Both the position numbers and the translations under genes were made by a program. Positions 27,480 to 35,733 of a DNA stretch of 64,000 nucleotides are shown here, piece by piece. Within the stretch, counting starts at the first letter, position 1, and each line of letters begins with the position of its first letter. Where the stretch lies: positions 2,321 to 66,320 of the forward strand of contig JBAYVE010000001.1 of NCBI GenBank assembly GCA_041674765.1, read 5' to 3'. This DNA is from Patescibacteria group bacterium (GTDB taxonomy: Bacteria > Patescibacteriota > UBA1384 > XYA2-FULL-43-10 > 1-14-0-10-43-13). The notes beneath the pieces were generated by a model. The model was not told the DNA's origin. It did not search any database and worked only from the letters and a program-made list of their open reading frames with translations.

Positions 27480-28691
27480 CTACCAGCGTCCTATGCCGCA
27501 ATTAGCACACTGTAAGTCTTTTAACGTGCGATGATGTTGAATCCTTATCTCATCATCACCGACATTTCCTTCGATTGTGACTAAATCAACTGGAGTGACA
27601 ACAAAGCCTACATGGTAACCGCTGTCGCTTGCCCTACTTGGTACCATGAAGACGTCTCCTGCCTGTATTTCTGATAAGCTTTTCGGCTTAAACCAAGTGT
27701 GATTTTTTATGAAATAATCGCGTAAATTCAGAGTTCTACCGATTTTTGCAACCTCAGGGTCATTGTATACTTGAGCCAAAATCCATGAGACAAAGTATGT
27801 GCACCATTGAGCACAGCCTTTGCCTGGAACATATTTAACGCAGTTTGCGCCTCCGGTCTTATAACCTTTTTTCCCGGCAGCCAATTCGTCTGTAGCCAAC
27901 TTAACTATCTCATTTCCTGTCTGATTGCCTACCGTTAGTTGGCCGTTGATTGTGCATCCTTCAGCTAACTCTGTAAAAGTTTTTCCGACGTCTTGCAGAT
28001 AATCAAGTGCAATCTGTGCCCCACGGATTGCAGTAATACCTTGTTTGGACCAAAGGGGATATATCTTTGACCCATAATTACTCTGATCTTGATATTCTTT
28101 AATCTTGTCTGCGGACATAGGATAGCCATCTGCAACCCAAAGCTTTGCCACATTTGCCCCGCGATTATAAGCCAAAGCTACTGCTTGAATAGCATGAACA
28201 TCGGAAAAATTTGTAATACCAAGACTCTCTGCCTTATTCTTAATTATTTTAGCTGCCGGCCCAACTGATTTTGCAAAGTCTTTAGCGTCTTCTTTGGAAA
28301 GTCCGTATGCTTCTCTGCTGGCGCTATCCAGTTGGAATGGTCCGCAACCGTTTACTACGCAGGCAAAGTCTGATCCCATTGGTTTCCATTGCCTACCATT
28401 TTCCTTCCAGTAAATTGCTGCAAGCATCGCCGGATGAATGCCGGCTTCTTTTGCAGCCTGTGTCATCAGGGTCTGCTCCGATATGCCCACTTTTGCCCAA
28501 GTGTTACAGGAGACATCGCCGGATGAATAATTACTAGCTGCAGGATCGCCCTGTGCCTTCATTATATTCATGAATCCAGCACCGCCGACAGCGGCAGCTA
28601 CGATGGTGCCGCCAAGAATAAGTATGCTTGAAAAAATCAGCGGTCCGACCAGAACTGCGGCTTTATATTTTTTTAAAAATATCAATTTCAT
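27480..28691 (-). CDS. Bifunctional peptidoglycan hydrolase: lytic transglycosylase (SLT)-like domain plus C-terminal CHAP domain; VirB1-equivalent of Gram-positive T4SS (TraG/PrgK-like architecture)
   Basis: N-terminal TM; LAAIYWKENGRQWKPMGSDFACVVNGCGPFQL (SLT-like catalytic Glu region); C-terminal CAQWCTYFVSWILAQV...GDVFMV...GYHVGFVV...TIEGNVGDDEI (CHAP Cys/His). Confidence 0.6.
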   Translation of the reverse strand: MKLIFLKKYKAAVLVGPLIFSSILILGGTIVAAAVGGAGFMNIMKAQGDPAASNYSSGDVSCNTWAKVGISEQTLMTQAAKEAGIHPAMLAAIYWKENGRQWKPMGSDFACVVNGCGPFQLDSASREAYGLSKEDAKDFAKSVGPAAKIIKNKAESLGITNFSDVHAIQAVALAYNRGANVAKLWVADGYPMSADKIKEYQDQSNYGSKIYPLWSKQGITAIRGAQIALDYLQDVGKTFTELAEGCTINGQLTVGNQTGNEIVKLATDELAAGKKGYKTGGANCVKYVPGKGCAQWCTYFVSWILAQVYNDPEVAKIGRTLNLRDYFIKNHTWFKPKSLSEIQAGDVFMVPSRASDSGYHVGFVVTPVDLVTIEGNVGDDEIRIQHHRTLKDLQCANCGIGRW

Positions 28692-28695
28692 TCAT

Positions 28696-30516
28696 TTATT
28701 GTTGTCCTAGTATTTGTTTGGGGTCGGTAGTGATAATTTGATCTTCCGTGTACGAAGCTACTGCTTTGAAAGCAACGTGATTTAATCCTGCAAAGAAAAG
28801 ACCCTCTCCGACGTCTGACTCCAAAAGTAAATACTTTTCACCTTCAGTCAGGTTAAAAGTCTCAGCCACAAGGTCAACAGAAGCTGTTGATTGCTTCATC
28901 AATACCTGCATCGAGGAGTTGGCGACCACGGCCTTTCCATAACGGCTGGACAGAAAATCTTCTACATCCTGACTTATTATCGTCAATCCCAGATAGTATT
29001 TTCTGGCTCTTTTGGCCAAACCGTGAAGGAATTTCGCCGAGTCCTCGTATTGCATCATCCACCAAGCTTCATCGACGATCATCAGGCGCTTTTTCATCTC
29101 CATCCGAACTTTGGTCCAGATATAATCAAGAACAGTGTAAATGGCGATTGGCCGAAGCTGTTCATCCAGATCCCGGACAGAGAAAACAACAAATCCGGGT
29201 TTCAAGGTAAAATTCGTTCGTTGATTGTAAAGATTGGCAAAAGTGCCCTCGGTAAATTTCGACAGCCTGGCACGCAGAGACTCCGTGCCCTGTAGATTTG
29301 AGAGAATGTTGTAAAAATCTTGGAGTAGGGGAGGCTCGTTCTTCTGACTCTCAGGGTCAAAGGTAATATCCTTTAGGGCATATGTTTCAAAGAGCGCTTT
29401 GTCCACCACAGCATCTTCTTCCGGCGAAAGTCCGCCAACCATCAGATTTATCAACCCATGCAAAGAGGAGATGTTTGACCGCAACACATCTTCGCCCGAT
29501 TCTTTATCATTGGTCGGTAGATCAAAAGGGTTGATTCTTTTATCAGAATTCAAGGAAATATTTAGATAGCTACCATTGACGGCGTCACTCAGCGTCTTGT
29601 ATTCGTTTTCAGGATCTATCACGATGACGTCAGCTCCCAGCATCAGATAACGGATTGCTTCCAATTTGACGAAATAAGATTTACCTGAGCCTGATTTGGC
29701 GAACACAACGGAATTGGCATTCTCCAAATGAAAACGGTCAAAGATGATCAGCGAATTGTTGTGCCGGTTGATACCGTATAGGACGCCTTCATCCTGAGTC
29801 AATTCTGAGGAGGTAAAGGGGAAAGTCGACGAGAGAGAACCGGTATCCAAATTCCGCAAAACATTTACCTTGTCGGTGAATAAAGGCAGTGTCGCTTGAA
29901 AACCTTGCTCCATCTGGAAAACTGTTTCCTTCGTGTAGATAAGAAGACCTCCCAGGGTGGATTCCAGCTGATCACAGAGCGTCCGTAATTCCTCTTGAGA
30001 CCTGGCATATAAAGTAAAGTAGAGGCCGAATTGGAAGAGCCGAACCTCGCCTCTTTGAAGAACGTCTCGGAGGGATTCTACATCGCCCAGAGCAGTCTCC
30101 ATCTCAGGATCCCGAGGCTTACCCTTTTCATGATCGATTGACATTGTAGATTCGAGTTTACCAACCTGGGTTTTGAGCTGATACATCACCTCCTTGGATT
30201 CCAAAGGGTGAATGTACATCCCAATGTCCATGTTCATGTCATAGTTGATTACAGGAGAAAGCCAGTTCGTCTCCAAATATCGAGGGTAAGTAAAAACAAA
30301 GAGAGTTTTGATATAAAAGGATCCCACTTGAATATAGTTTGGGGTAACCACATAAGAAGCAGGCGCAATAATATCCCGGATCGATGCCACTCCCTGGCTT
30401 GGCACGTCCTTCTTTTCCTTGGTATCGCGAACATAAGCAACTTCGCGCTCGGAAATATTATTCTGGGCTAGTTGACGTGCATCTACATTTTTAGTTGTTT
30501 GGTCTAAATCAGCCAT
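28696..30516 (-). CDS. virB4: VirB4/TrbE/CagE-family T4SS ATPase (606 aa from ATG 30516; the longer ORF-track version to 30732 is an out-of-frame artefact)
   Basis: Walker A FAKSGSGKSYF; Walker B RLMIVDEAWWMM; VirB4-type middle region YVVTPNYIQVGSFYIKTLFVFTYPRYLETNWLSPVI; GGAG SD 14 nt upstream of ATG 30516; 8-nt overlap (ATGGCTGA) with the upstream gene. Confidence 0.85.
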   Translation of the reverse strand: MADLDQTTKNVDARQLAQNNISEREVAYVRDTKEKKDVPSQGVASIRDIIAPASYVVTPNYIQVGSFYIKTLFVFTYPRYLETNWLSPVINYDMNMDIGMYIHPLESKEVMYQLKTQVGKLESTMSIDHEKGKPRDPEMETALGDVESLRDVLQRGEVRLFQFGLYFTLYARSQEELRTLCDQLESTLGGLLIYTKETVFQMEQGFQATLPLFTDKVNVLRNLDTGSLSSTFPFTSSELTQDEGVLYGINRHNNSLIIFDRFHLENANSVVFAKSGSGKSYFVKLEAIRYLMLGADVIVIDPENEYKTLSDAVNGSYLNISLNSDKRINPFDLPTNDKESGEDVLRSNISSLHGLINLMVGGLSPEEDAVVDKALFETYALKDITFDPESQKNEPPLLQDFYNILSNLQGTESLRARLSKFTEGTFANLYNQRTNFTLKPGFVVFSVRDLDEQLRPIAIYTVLDYIWTKVRMEMKKRLMIVDEAWWMMQYEDSAKFLHGLAKRARKYYLGLTIISQDVEDFLSSRYGKAVVANSSMQVLMKQSTASVDLVAETFNLTEGEKYLLLESDVGEGLFFAGLNHVAFKAVASYTEDQIITTDPKQILGQQ

Positions 30517-31495
30517 TTGATGGTTCTGTCTCCTGTTTAGTTTCCTCTTGGCCCTTTTCGTCATCTGCGACCGGCACGGCCGGTCCTGTTTTCCCGGGAG
30601 TTGGACTGTCCGGGGTATCTTTGGTTTGTGAGCTCGAAGTTTGTCCGTTGCTACTTTTGCTTGACTCGGCTTGAGCCGCTTCTGCCTTGAGTCTCTCTTC
30701 CTGTTCAATCTTTCGCTGTGCCAAAACAACATTGGAATTGTCGATCATATCTAATTCTTCCTGGCTTTTTTTGCCGTCATTTTCAGTCTCTGCAGCATCA
30801 GCTACTTTCATTTTCTTCTTAGTCTCGCTCGCAGCGATAATAATGGGGGAGGCGAGTGAAACAGCATCTTCAATTCGCTCCTTTGAAGCTTCATCAGGAT
30901 TGTAGACCTGATAAAACAATTCTATTAACTGTTCAGTCGATAATTGGAAGCAGTGAAGGCCCATGCTTCCCAAGCCTTGGGCTACTATTGCGCCCCTTTC
31001 CATTATTTTTTTTGCATTGGTCTCAAATTCCTGGTCTGTAATTTTGATATGGTCGTAAATGGTCGCTTTTTTCGGTTTAAATAACTTATCAAATAAACCT
31101 GATTGTTGAATTGCCATCGGCTGGTAGGAGACAACAACGTAAAAATTCTTTTTCATTATGTTGGCCATCGTAATCAGTTCGCCAATGAAGTCTATGTAGT
31201 CGTCGGTCTGTGCCTTCAAGAGTTCGTTCCCCTGGCTTTTGGCTATATCGGTCAGTTTCTTCAGGTATGGCGCCAAGTCGAGCTGTTTTGATCTGATAAT
31301 TATTTCGATTGGGAAATGGAGTGAGTTGAGAAAACCCTGATATTGAAAAACAATCGAATTTTGTTCAGCCTCGCTTTTTAGGTTAAAATTGGCGGCTGCG
31401 ACCTGTAAGACTATCCGGTAGGAACCGTCTTTTAGGATGATAATGCCGTCTTTTATTCCGGCGATATCGATAGCTTGTTGAGTGGAAAACACCAT
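30509..31495 (-). CDS. VirB4 N-terminal-domain-like protein with about 110-aa acidic/Ser/Gln-rich disordered tail; encoded separately from and translationally coupled to the VirB4 ATPase
   Basis: LKDGSYRIVLQVAAANFNLKSEAEQNSIVFQYQGFLNSLHFPIEIIIRSK parallels the extreme N-terminus of A. tumefaciens VirB4 (LEDGSIMSIARIDGVAFELEE...FNTLLRNIADDHVSIYAHLVRH; from memory); tail ...ETENDGKKSQEELDM...AEAAQAESSKSSNGQTSSSQTKDTPDSPTPGKTG...DDEKGQEETKQETEPSNG. Confidence 0.5.
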   Translation of the reverse strand: MVFSTQQAIDIAGIKDGIIILKDGSYRIVLQVAAANFNLKSEAEQNSIVFQYQGFLNSLHFPIEIIIRSKQLDLAPYLKKLTDIAKSQGNELLKAQTDDYIDFIGELITMANIMKKNFYVVVSYQPMAIQQSGLFDKLFKPKKATIYDHIKITDQEFETNAKKIMERGAIVAQGLGSMGLHCFQLSTEQLIELFYQVYNPDEASKERIEDAVSLASPIIIAASETKKKMKVADAAETENDGKKSQEELDMIDNSNVVLAQRKIEQEERLKAEAAQAESSKSSNGQTSSSQTKDTPDSPTPGKTGPAVPVADDEKGQEETKQETEPSNG

Positions 31496-31518
31496 AATAT
31501 AAACTTTAAAATAATTTG

Positions 31519-31932
31519 TTATTGTTTAATCAGAACTTTTCCCGTGTCATACTTCTTCGCTATATTGCTTATTTCATCATGACTGACATTCTTGTGCTGA
31601 ACCGTCGTTCCTTTCTTCTCGACATGATATATTTCTATCCTCAGATCGGAATCATCACCTTGGTGCCAGACCCTTTTTTTCGGTTGGGATACATAGGCAA
31701 TAGCGGCTTTAAAGAAATCCAAGAAAGGGCGCTCATTGATCTTGATGAAATCCAAGCAGATGACAAATACCGCAATCGGTGTGATCAAAATATAGGAAAA
31801 CGGCTTGGGGATAGCAGAATAAATGGCATATGAACAGCCAAAGCCAATTACGGCATAGATAAACTGAACCATTGTTAATGGCCCGAGGACTCGATCTTTC
31901 ATATCGATATTTTGCGGAACTTTATACCTCAA
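31519..31932 (-). CDS. Small two-TM membrane protein, VirB3/PrgI-like (position and topology)
   Basis: 137 aa; MKDRVLGPLTMVQFIYAVIGFGCSYAIYSAIPKPFSYILITPIAVFVICLDFI hairpin; lies immediately upstream of the VirB4-N gene, as VirB3 does in T4SS loci. Confidence 0.4.
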   Translation of the reverse strand: MRYKVPQNIDMKDRVLGPLTMVQFIYAVIGFGCSYAIYSAIPKPFSYILITPIAVFVICLDFIKINERPFLDFFKAAIAYVSQPKKRVWHQGDDSDLRIEIYHVEKKGTTVQHKNVSHDEISNIAKKYDTGKVLIKQ

Positions 31933-32022
31933 AAGCCCCTCCTAGGCCTAAGTTATGACTATAAAGTTAGTATAACAAAAAAAAGGAATGCAACAAAGAG
32001 GACGAAGCTTGGGCAAAGATTA

Positions 32023-32943
32023 TCAAGGATGGATGATAGGAGAAGGTTTTGCTGCCTGTGCTGCAAACTGGTTTTTCCGAATTAGAGGCTTGCCGGCTCT
32101 TTCTAATTCACTTGAAGTGATTAGCGTTGAATAAAAATAAAGCATGGCTGATCGTTCACGAATATAATTTTCAGCTTCTTCATAATTATCGGTTTTAAGG
32201 CCATGCGCTGTAAGATAAATTTTAGTGTCTGCAATTTCCTCGGCGTTGACGATATAAATCAATGCTTCCTCGCAATTGACCTCTTCTTTGAGCTTTTCTA
32301 TATCGAGTTCGAGTCTGTTTGTGAGGCGGTAGAAATCGACAACTTTGGGATAGATTTCTTTGAGCTGGGGGATAGTAATGGGATATTCAATATAATTATG
32401 CATCACAAGCAAAATTTCTTTTGCTAAAGCGCTGATTTTCTTTAAGGTCTCAGGGTTTTCTTCCCCCGATCCTTTATAAAGTCGGGCGAAGTTATCGACT
32501 TGAGGCTTAACAGCGAGATAGCAAAGGTTTTCATAGCCATTCTTAATCTGTCTGCATCGGACAACAATTTCCTGCCAAGACTTGACCTGCTGACTTATGA
32601 CATATTTCTCATTTAGCCGAAATGTGCCCTGAAATAGCTTGGCAAGAGTAATATTTATATCATTCAGACTCCCATCTTTCATTCCAGCTATCGCAAAAAT
32701 AATCCGTTTGCGATCATCATCGATTGCTATTGATCCGCATGTCTCAGCCAGGAGACATGCCAGTATTATTTTGTGGCGTGCAATTTCTCGAAGTAGGCAA
32801 TTTTCAAAAAAGAGATACCAAAAATTTATATAATCAGGTCTCGGCAATGCCGTTACAAATGTTTTTACTTCCTCAAAACTATGAGTTTCCAGGTAGAAGG
32901 CGTAGTTTTTTGCGTCAGTGATATCTTTTTCGGTTTCGATCAT
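32023..32943 (-). CDS. Hypothetical cytoplasmic protein (306 aa) within the T4SS-like operon
   Basis: Long ORF with no TM segments or recognisable motifs; tight operon spacing. Confidence 0.5.
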   Translation of the reverse strand: MIETEKDITDAKNYAFYLETHSFEEVKTFVTALPRPDYINFWYLFFENCLLREIARHKIILACLLAETCGSIAIDDDRKRIIFAIAGMKDGSLNDINITLAKLFQGTFRLNEKYVISQQVKSWQEIVVRCRQIKNGYENLCYLAVKPQVDNFARLYKGSGEENPETLKKISALAKEILLVMHNYIEYPITIPQLKEIYPKVVDFYRLTNRLELDIEKLKEEVNCEEALIYIVNAEEIADTKIYLTAHGLKTDNYEEAENYIRERSAMLYFYSTLITSSELERAGKPLIRKNQFAAQAAKPSPIIHP

Positions 32944-32958
32944 ACAAATTTCTTTTTA

Positions 32959-35733
32959 TTACTTCAAGAACCTGGCTGGAATCTCGACGCCAGGATATTT
33001 TCGTCGGAATTCGTCAACGCCAAGAAAGCTGACCAGGTCATCAATTTTATCGCCAATTTTGACTTTCTTTCCGTTTATTTCAATTGTCTCCGTCGCATCC
33101 AACCCAGAGGCATTATCGAGTTCCTTGCCGCCTTCACGGGAAACAGGAGCGTACTGCAGCTTGGCCTCTGCATCAAAACCTTGCCGATATTGTCCGCCAG
33201 GACCGCGGATATCAGCATTTATAACGGCCTGATTCATTTTGCCGAGGACATCAAGCCCCTGAGTATATTCGGCGCTAGTGACATTTTCACCAGCGGCTTT
33301 TCGAAGGTCTACTTTTAAGGTATTTTTAGTTGAATCCCATACAAAGGTGGCAGCACTTTCGAGTTCGGATTTCTGGACTTTTGTCAGGTCTGCTGCCTTT
33401 CTCACAGCAGCCTCTCGTAGATGGACTTGGAAACCAGAGGCGTCAGTTTCGTCAGCCAGAAATTCGTCAATTTTGGCAGATTTCTCTGCGTCGGTAAGGG
33501 CTTTGAACCCAGCATCTACTTCTCCATAACTTGACATCGCATCTTTTTTAATGGCGATAAATTGGCCGCCGTTCATAACAGTTTCGAGACCTCTTTCATG
33601 CTTTTGGGCTAGTTTATCCCTTACAACCACAGCACCGGCGGCGTCCTCAGTATCACTAGCCGCTTCTAATTCCGCGCTTGTAAACATGTCATGGATGTTT
33701 GACCATGTCGAAGTTTGGGAACTAACCCCTTGAAGAGAATTTTTTATCTCCGAGAAGATTTTCCAATACTCTTTACCGTTGAGATCTCCTGCTCTATTTG
33801 TAACCATTTTCATAAACCAATCTCTCATCTCACCTGTTGCCAAACGAGCCGACTCTTCGGAGATGCGTTTTTCCGTTGTCGAGCCATATTCCTCTTTGTT
33901 TATAGCAGAGAGCTCTTTCATCGTTCTGTCGCGAAGTAGTCCTTTAATTGCCTCGGGCTCGCCATCTGTCAGAGAGCCAGCTTTTGAAATATCTTCACTG
34001 ATAACGTTGCCGTTCTCATCCATTGGAACTATACCTTGCAATGATATTCGGCCTAGTCCTATAAATTTGTTGTTATTTTTATCAAAGTATCTAGAGTCTG
34101 ATTTCAATGAATCCAGTTGGGCGGCATAGCTCAATTCAGCAATCTTTAGCTCCTTTTCAGCAATCACCCTCTGATCTTCTAGCTTTTTCCTTACTACCGG
34201 ATCGGTAACGTCCGGATCTGCAAGCATGGCTTCGACTTTCTCAATTGTATCGCTGTGCTTACGGAAGGATTCGACTACTTCATTTAATTTATATGCGTTC
34301 GCCTTGACCTCTCGGCGGTTATCACTGTCTGATTTTCCACCAAGCCTTTCGTATGGCTGAGCCATCCTAACTGCTTGCAACAAGTCCTCCCAGACTGCCC
34401 GGAATTGTTTATTATCATGAAAAGCAGGATCGCCTAAAGCGGCCATCCCCTTTGCCTTATTCTTGAAATTATTTAGATAAGTATCATCTGCCTCGACTCT
34501 CATCTCATACTGTCTGGTTCTTAAATACGCCTCTTTGCCTTCTGCGCCGCCTAGCTCATAGTATTTTCTCTTTAAGTTCTTGTCTTTCCAATCTTTTTCA
34601 CCATAGAGTGAATTGACGTTATCCATATACTGACCCCATTTGGCTTGGTCTTTGTCGCTCATATATCGGATGCCGCCTGTTTTACCACCAAACGCTTCTC
34701 GATAAAGCTGATCGTCCCAGCCTTCAGATTCTTTTTTATGCCAATCTCTGGCAGCTTGGACCCTTCTAGCACGTCTAACCCAAGCACCGATAGGATTTGC
34801 CAAAGCATTTGGACTCTTGCTACCAAAGCTCTTGAACCAGTTGCCGATCGTTGTCTTCTTATCTTCCACCATAGGATCGATCCACTTGGACTTGACCTTG
34901 CTACCAGCCCATTTGCCAGCTTTTTTGACGGTCAGATTGCCAAATTGATTCATCAGCGATCCACCGACCTTAAATGGGGCCATGATAGCCATTATGATCG
35001 TTGCTAGAGTCAGAATACGCATCATAAAGCTATTATCCGAAATATTGCCAAGCTGGAAACCGAGCCAAAGGATGGCGATGGAGATTACCGGCATAAATGT
35101 CCAGCGAAGCATGTAACTCCACCACTGATTAAATAAGCTTTTTGTTTGAGGAAGGATCATCGCCAGGAAAGCTAGGGGAGAAACCATTATCAATACGTAT
35201 ACGACCCAATTCCGAAAAAGGAAGAGAAAAGCCAAGACCAAGGCACCAATTCCAATGGCCAGAATAGTTATCGAGTTCAGGAATGCATCGAAACCTCCGT
35301 CGAAGTTGAATTGCGGCATCTCCAGACCCAATGAGTTATCGACAGCACTGGTATTCGTAAAGAAAGTCATTGCAACGCTGGAGGCATCGACAAGGATTCT
35401 TGAGATTAGGAAACTGAAATTCGCTGCGATGACAGCGAGCAGAAGAGTGGGGATCAATTTTTTGATCCCGTAAGTATTAGCATTTATCCGTAGTATCTCC
35501 ATAAAGGCGATAGCAACAAGAATAAGAATGAGTAGAGAATTGGCTGTAGTTAAAAGCATGCCCCAAACTTCGCGTATCACTGTCCCCGGTTGTCCACTTC
35601 CTGTTAGGACTTTACACATCGGTTCAACTGTTGACGCCTGCGCGGAATCAGGTAATAAGAAAAAAGCTAGTGGCGATAATACCAATAGTAAATTCAATAA
35701 TCTCCAAATTATCCTTTGCTTTGTCAGGTGCAC
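32959..35733 (-). CDS. VirB6/TrbL-like polytopic membrane protein (signal peptide, about 6-7 TM N-terminal half, about 500-aa hydrophilic C-terminal extension)
   Basis: MHLTKQRIIWRLLNLLLVLSPLAFFLLPDSAQAS then multiple hydrophobic helices (LLILILVAIAFMEIL, LIPTLLLAVIAANFSFLI, ILAIGIGALVLAFLFLF, VVYVLIMVSPLAFLAMIL, FMPVISIAILWLGFQL, ILTLATIIMAIMAPF), then a charged coiled C-terminal region. This architecture is typical of Gram-positive VirB6 analogues. Confidence 0.55.
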   Translation of the reverse strand: MHLTKQRIIWRLLNLLLVLSPLAFFLLPDSAQASTVEPMCKVLTGSGQPGTVIREVWGMLLTTANSLLILILVAIAFMEILRINANTYGIKKLIPTLLLAVIAANFSFLISRILVDASSVAMTFFTNTSAVDNSLGLEMPQFNFDGGFDAFLNSITILAIGIGALVLAFLFLFRNWVVYVLIMVSPLAFLAMILPQTKSLFNQWWSYMLRWTFMPVISIAILWLGFQLGNISDNSFMMRILTLATIIMAIMAPFKVGGSLMNQFGNLTVKKAGKWAGSKVKSKWIDPMVEDKKTTIGNWFKSFGSKSPNALANPIGAWVRRARRVQAARDWHKKESEGWDDQLYREAFGGKTGGIRYMSDKDQAKWGQYMDNVNSLYGEKDWKDKNLKRKYYELGGAEGKEAYLRTRQYEMRVEADDTYLNNFKNKAKGMAALGDPAFHDNKQFRAVWEDLLQAVRMAQPYERLGGKSDSDNRREVKANAYKLNEVVESFRKHSDTIEKVEAMLADPDVTDPVVRKKLEDQRVIAEKELKIAELSYAAQLDSLKSDSRYFDKNNNKFIGLGRISLQGIVPMDENGNVISEDISKAGSLTDGEPEAIKGLLRDRTMKELSAINKEEYGSTTEKRISEESARLATGEMRDWFMKMVTNRAGDLNGKEYWKIFSEIKNSLQGVSSQTSTWSNIHDMFTSAELEAASDTEDAAGAVVVRDKLAQKHERGLETVMNGGQFIAIKKDAMSSYGEVDAGFKALTDAEKSAKIDEFLADETDASGFQVHLREAAVRKAADLTKVQKSELESAATFVWDSTKNTLKVDLRKAAGENVTSAEYTQGLDVLGKMNQAVINADIRGPGGQYRQGFDAEAKLQYAPVSREGGKELDNASGLDATETIEINGKKVKIGDKIDDLVSFLGVDEFRRKYPGVEIPARFLK

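Noticed and set aside
30517-30732. N-terminal 72-aa extension of the VirB4 ORF in the track (MLFWHSERLNRKRDSRQKRLKPSQAK...)
   Set aside because: The highly basic translation is simply the alternate frame of the acidic low-complexity tail of the upstream gene. A good SD (GGAG) and ATG at 30516 start the conserved VirB4 sequence, so the true start is 30516.
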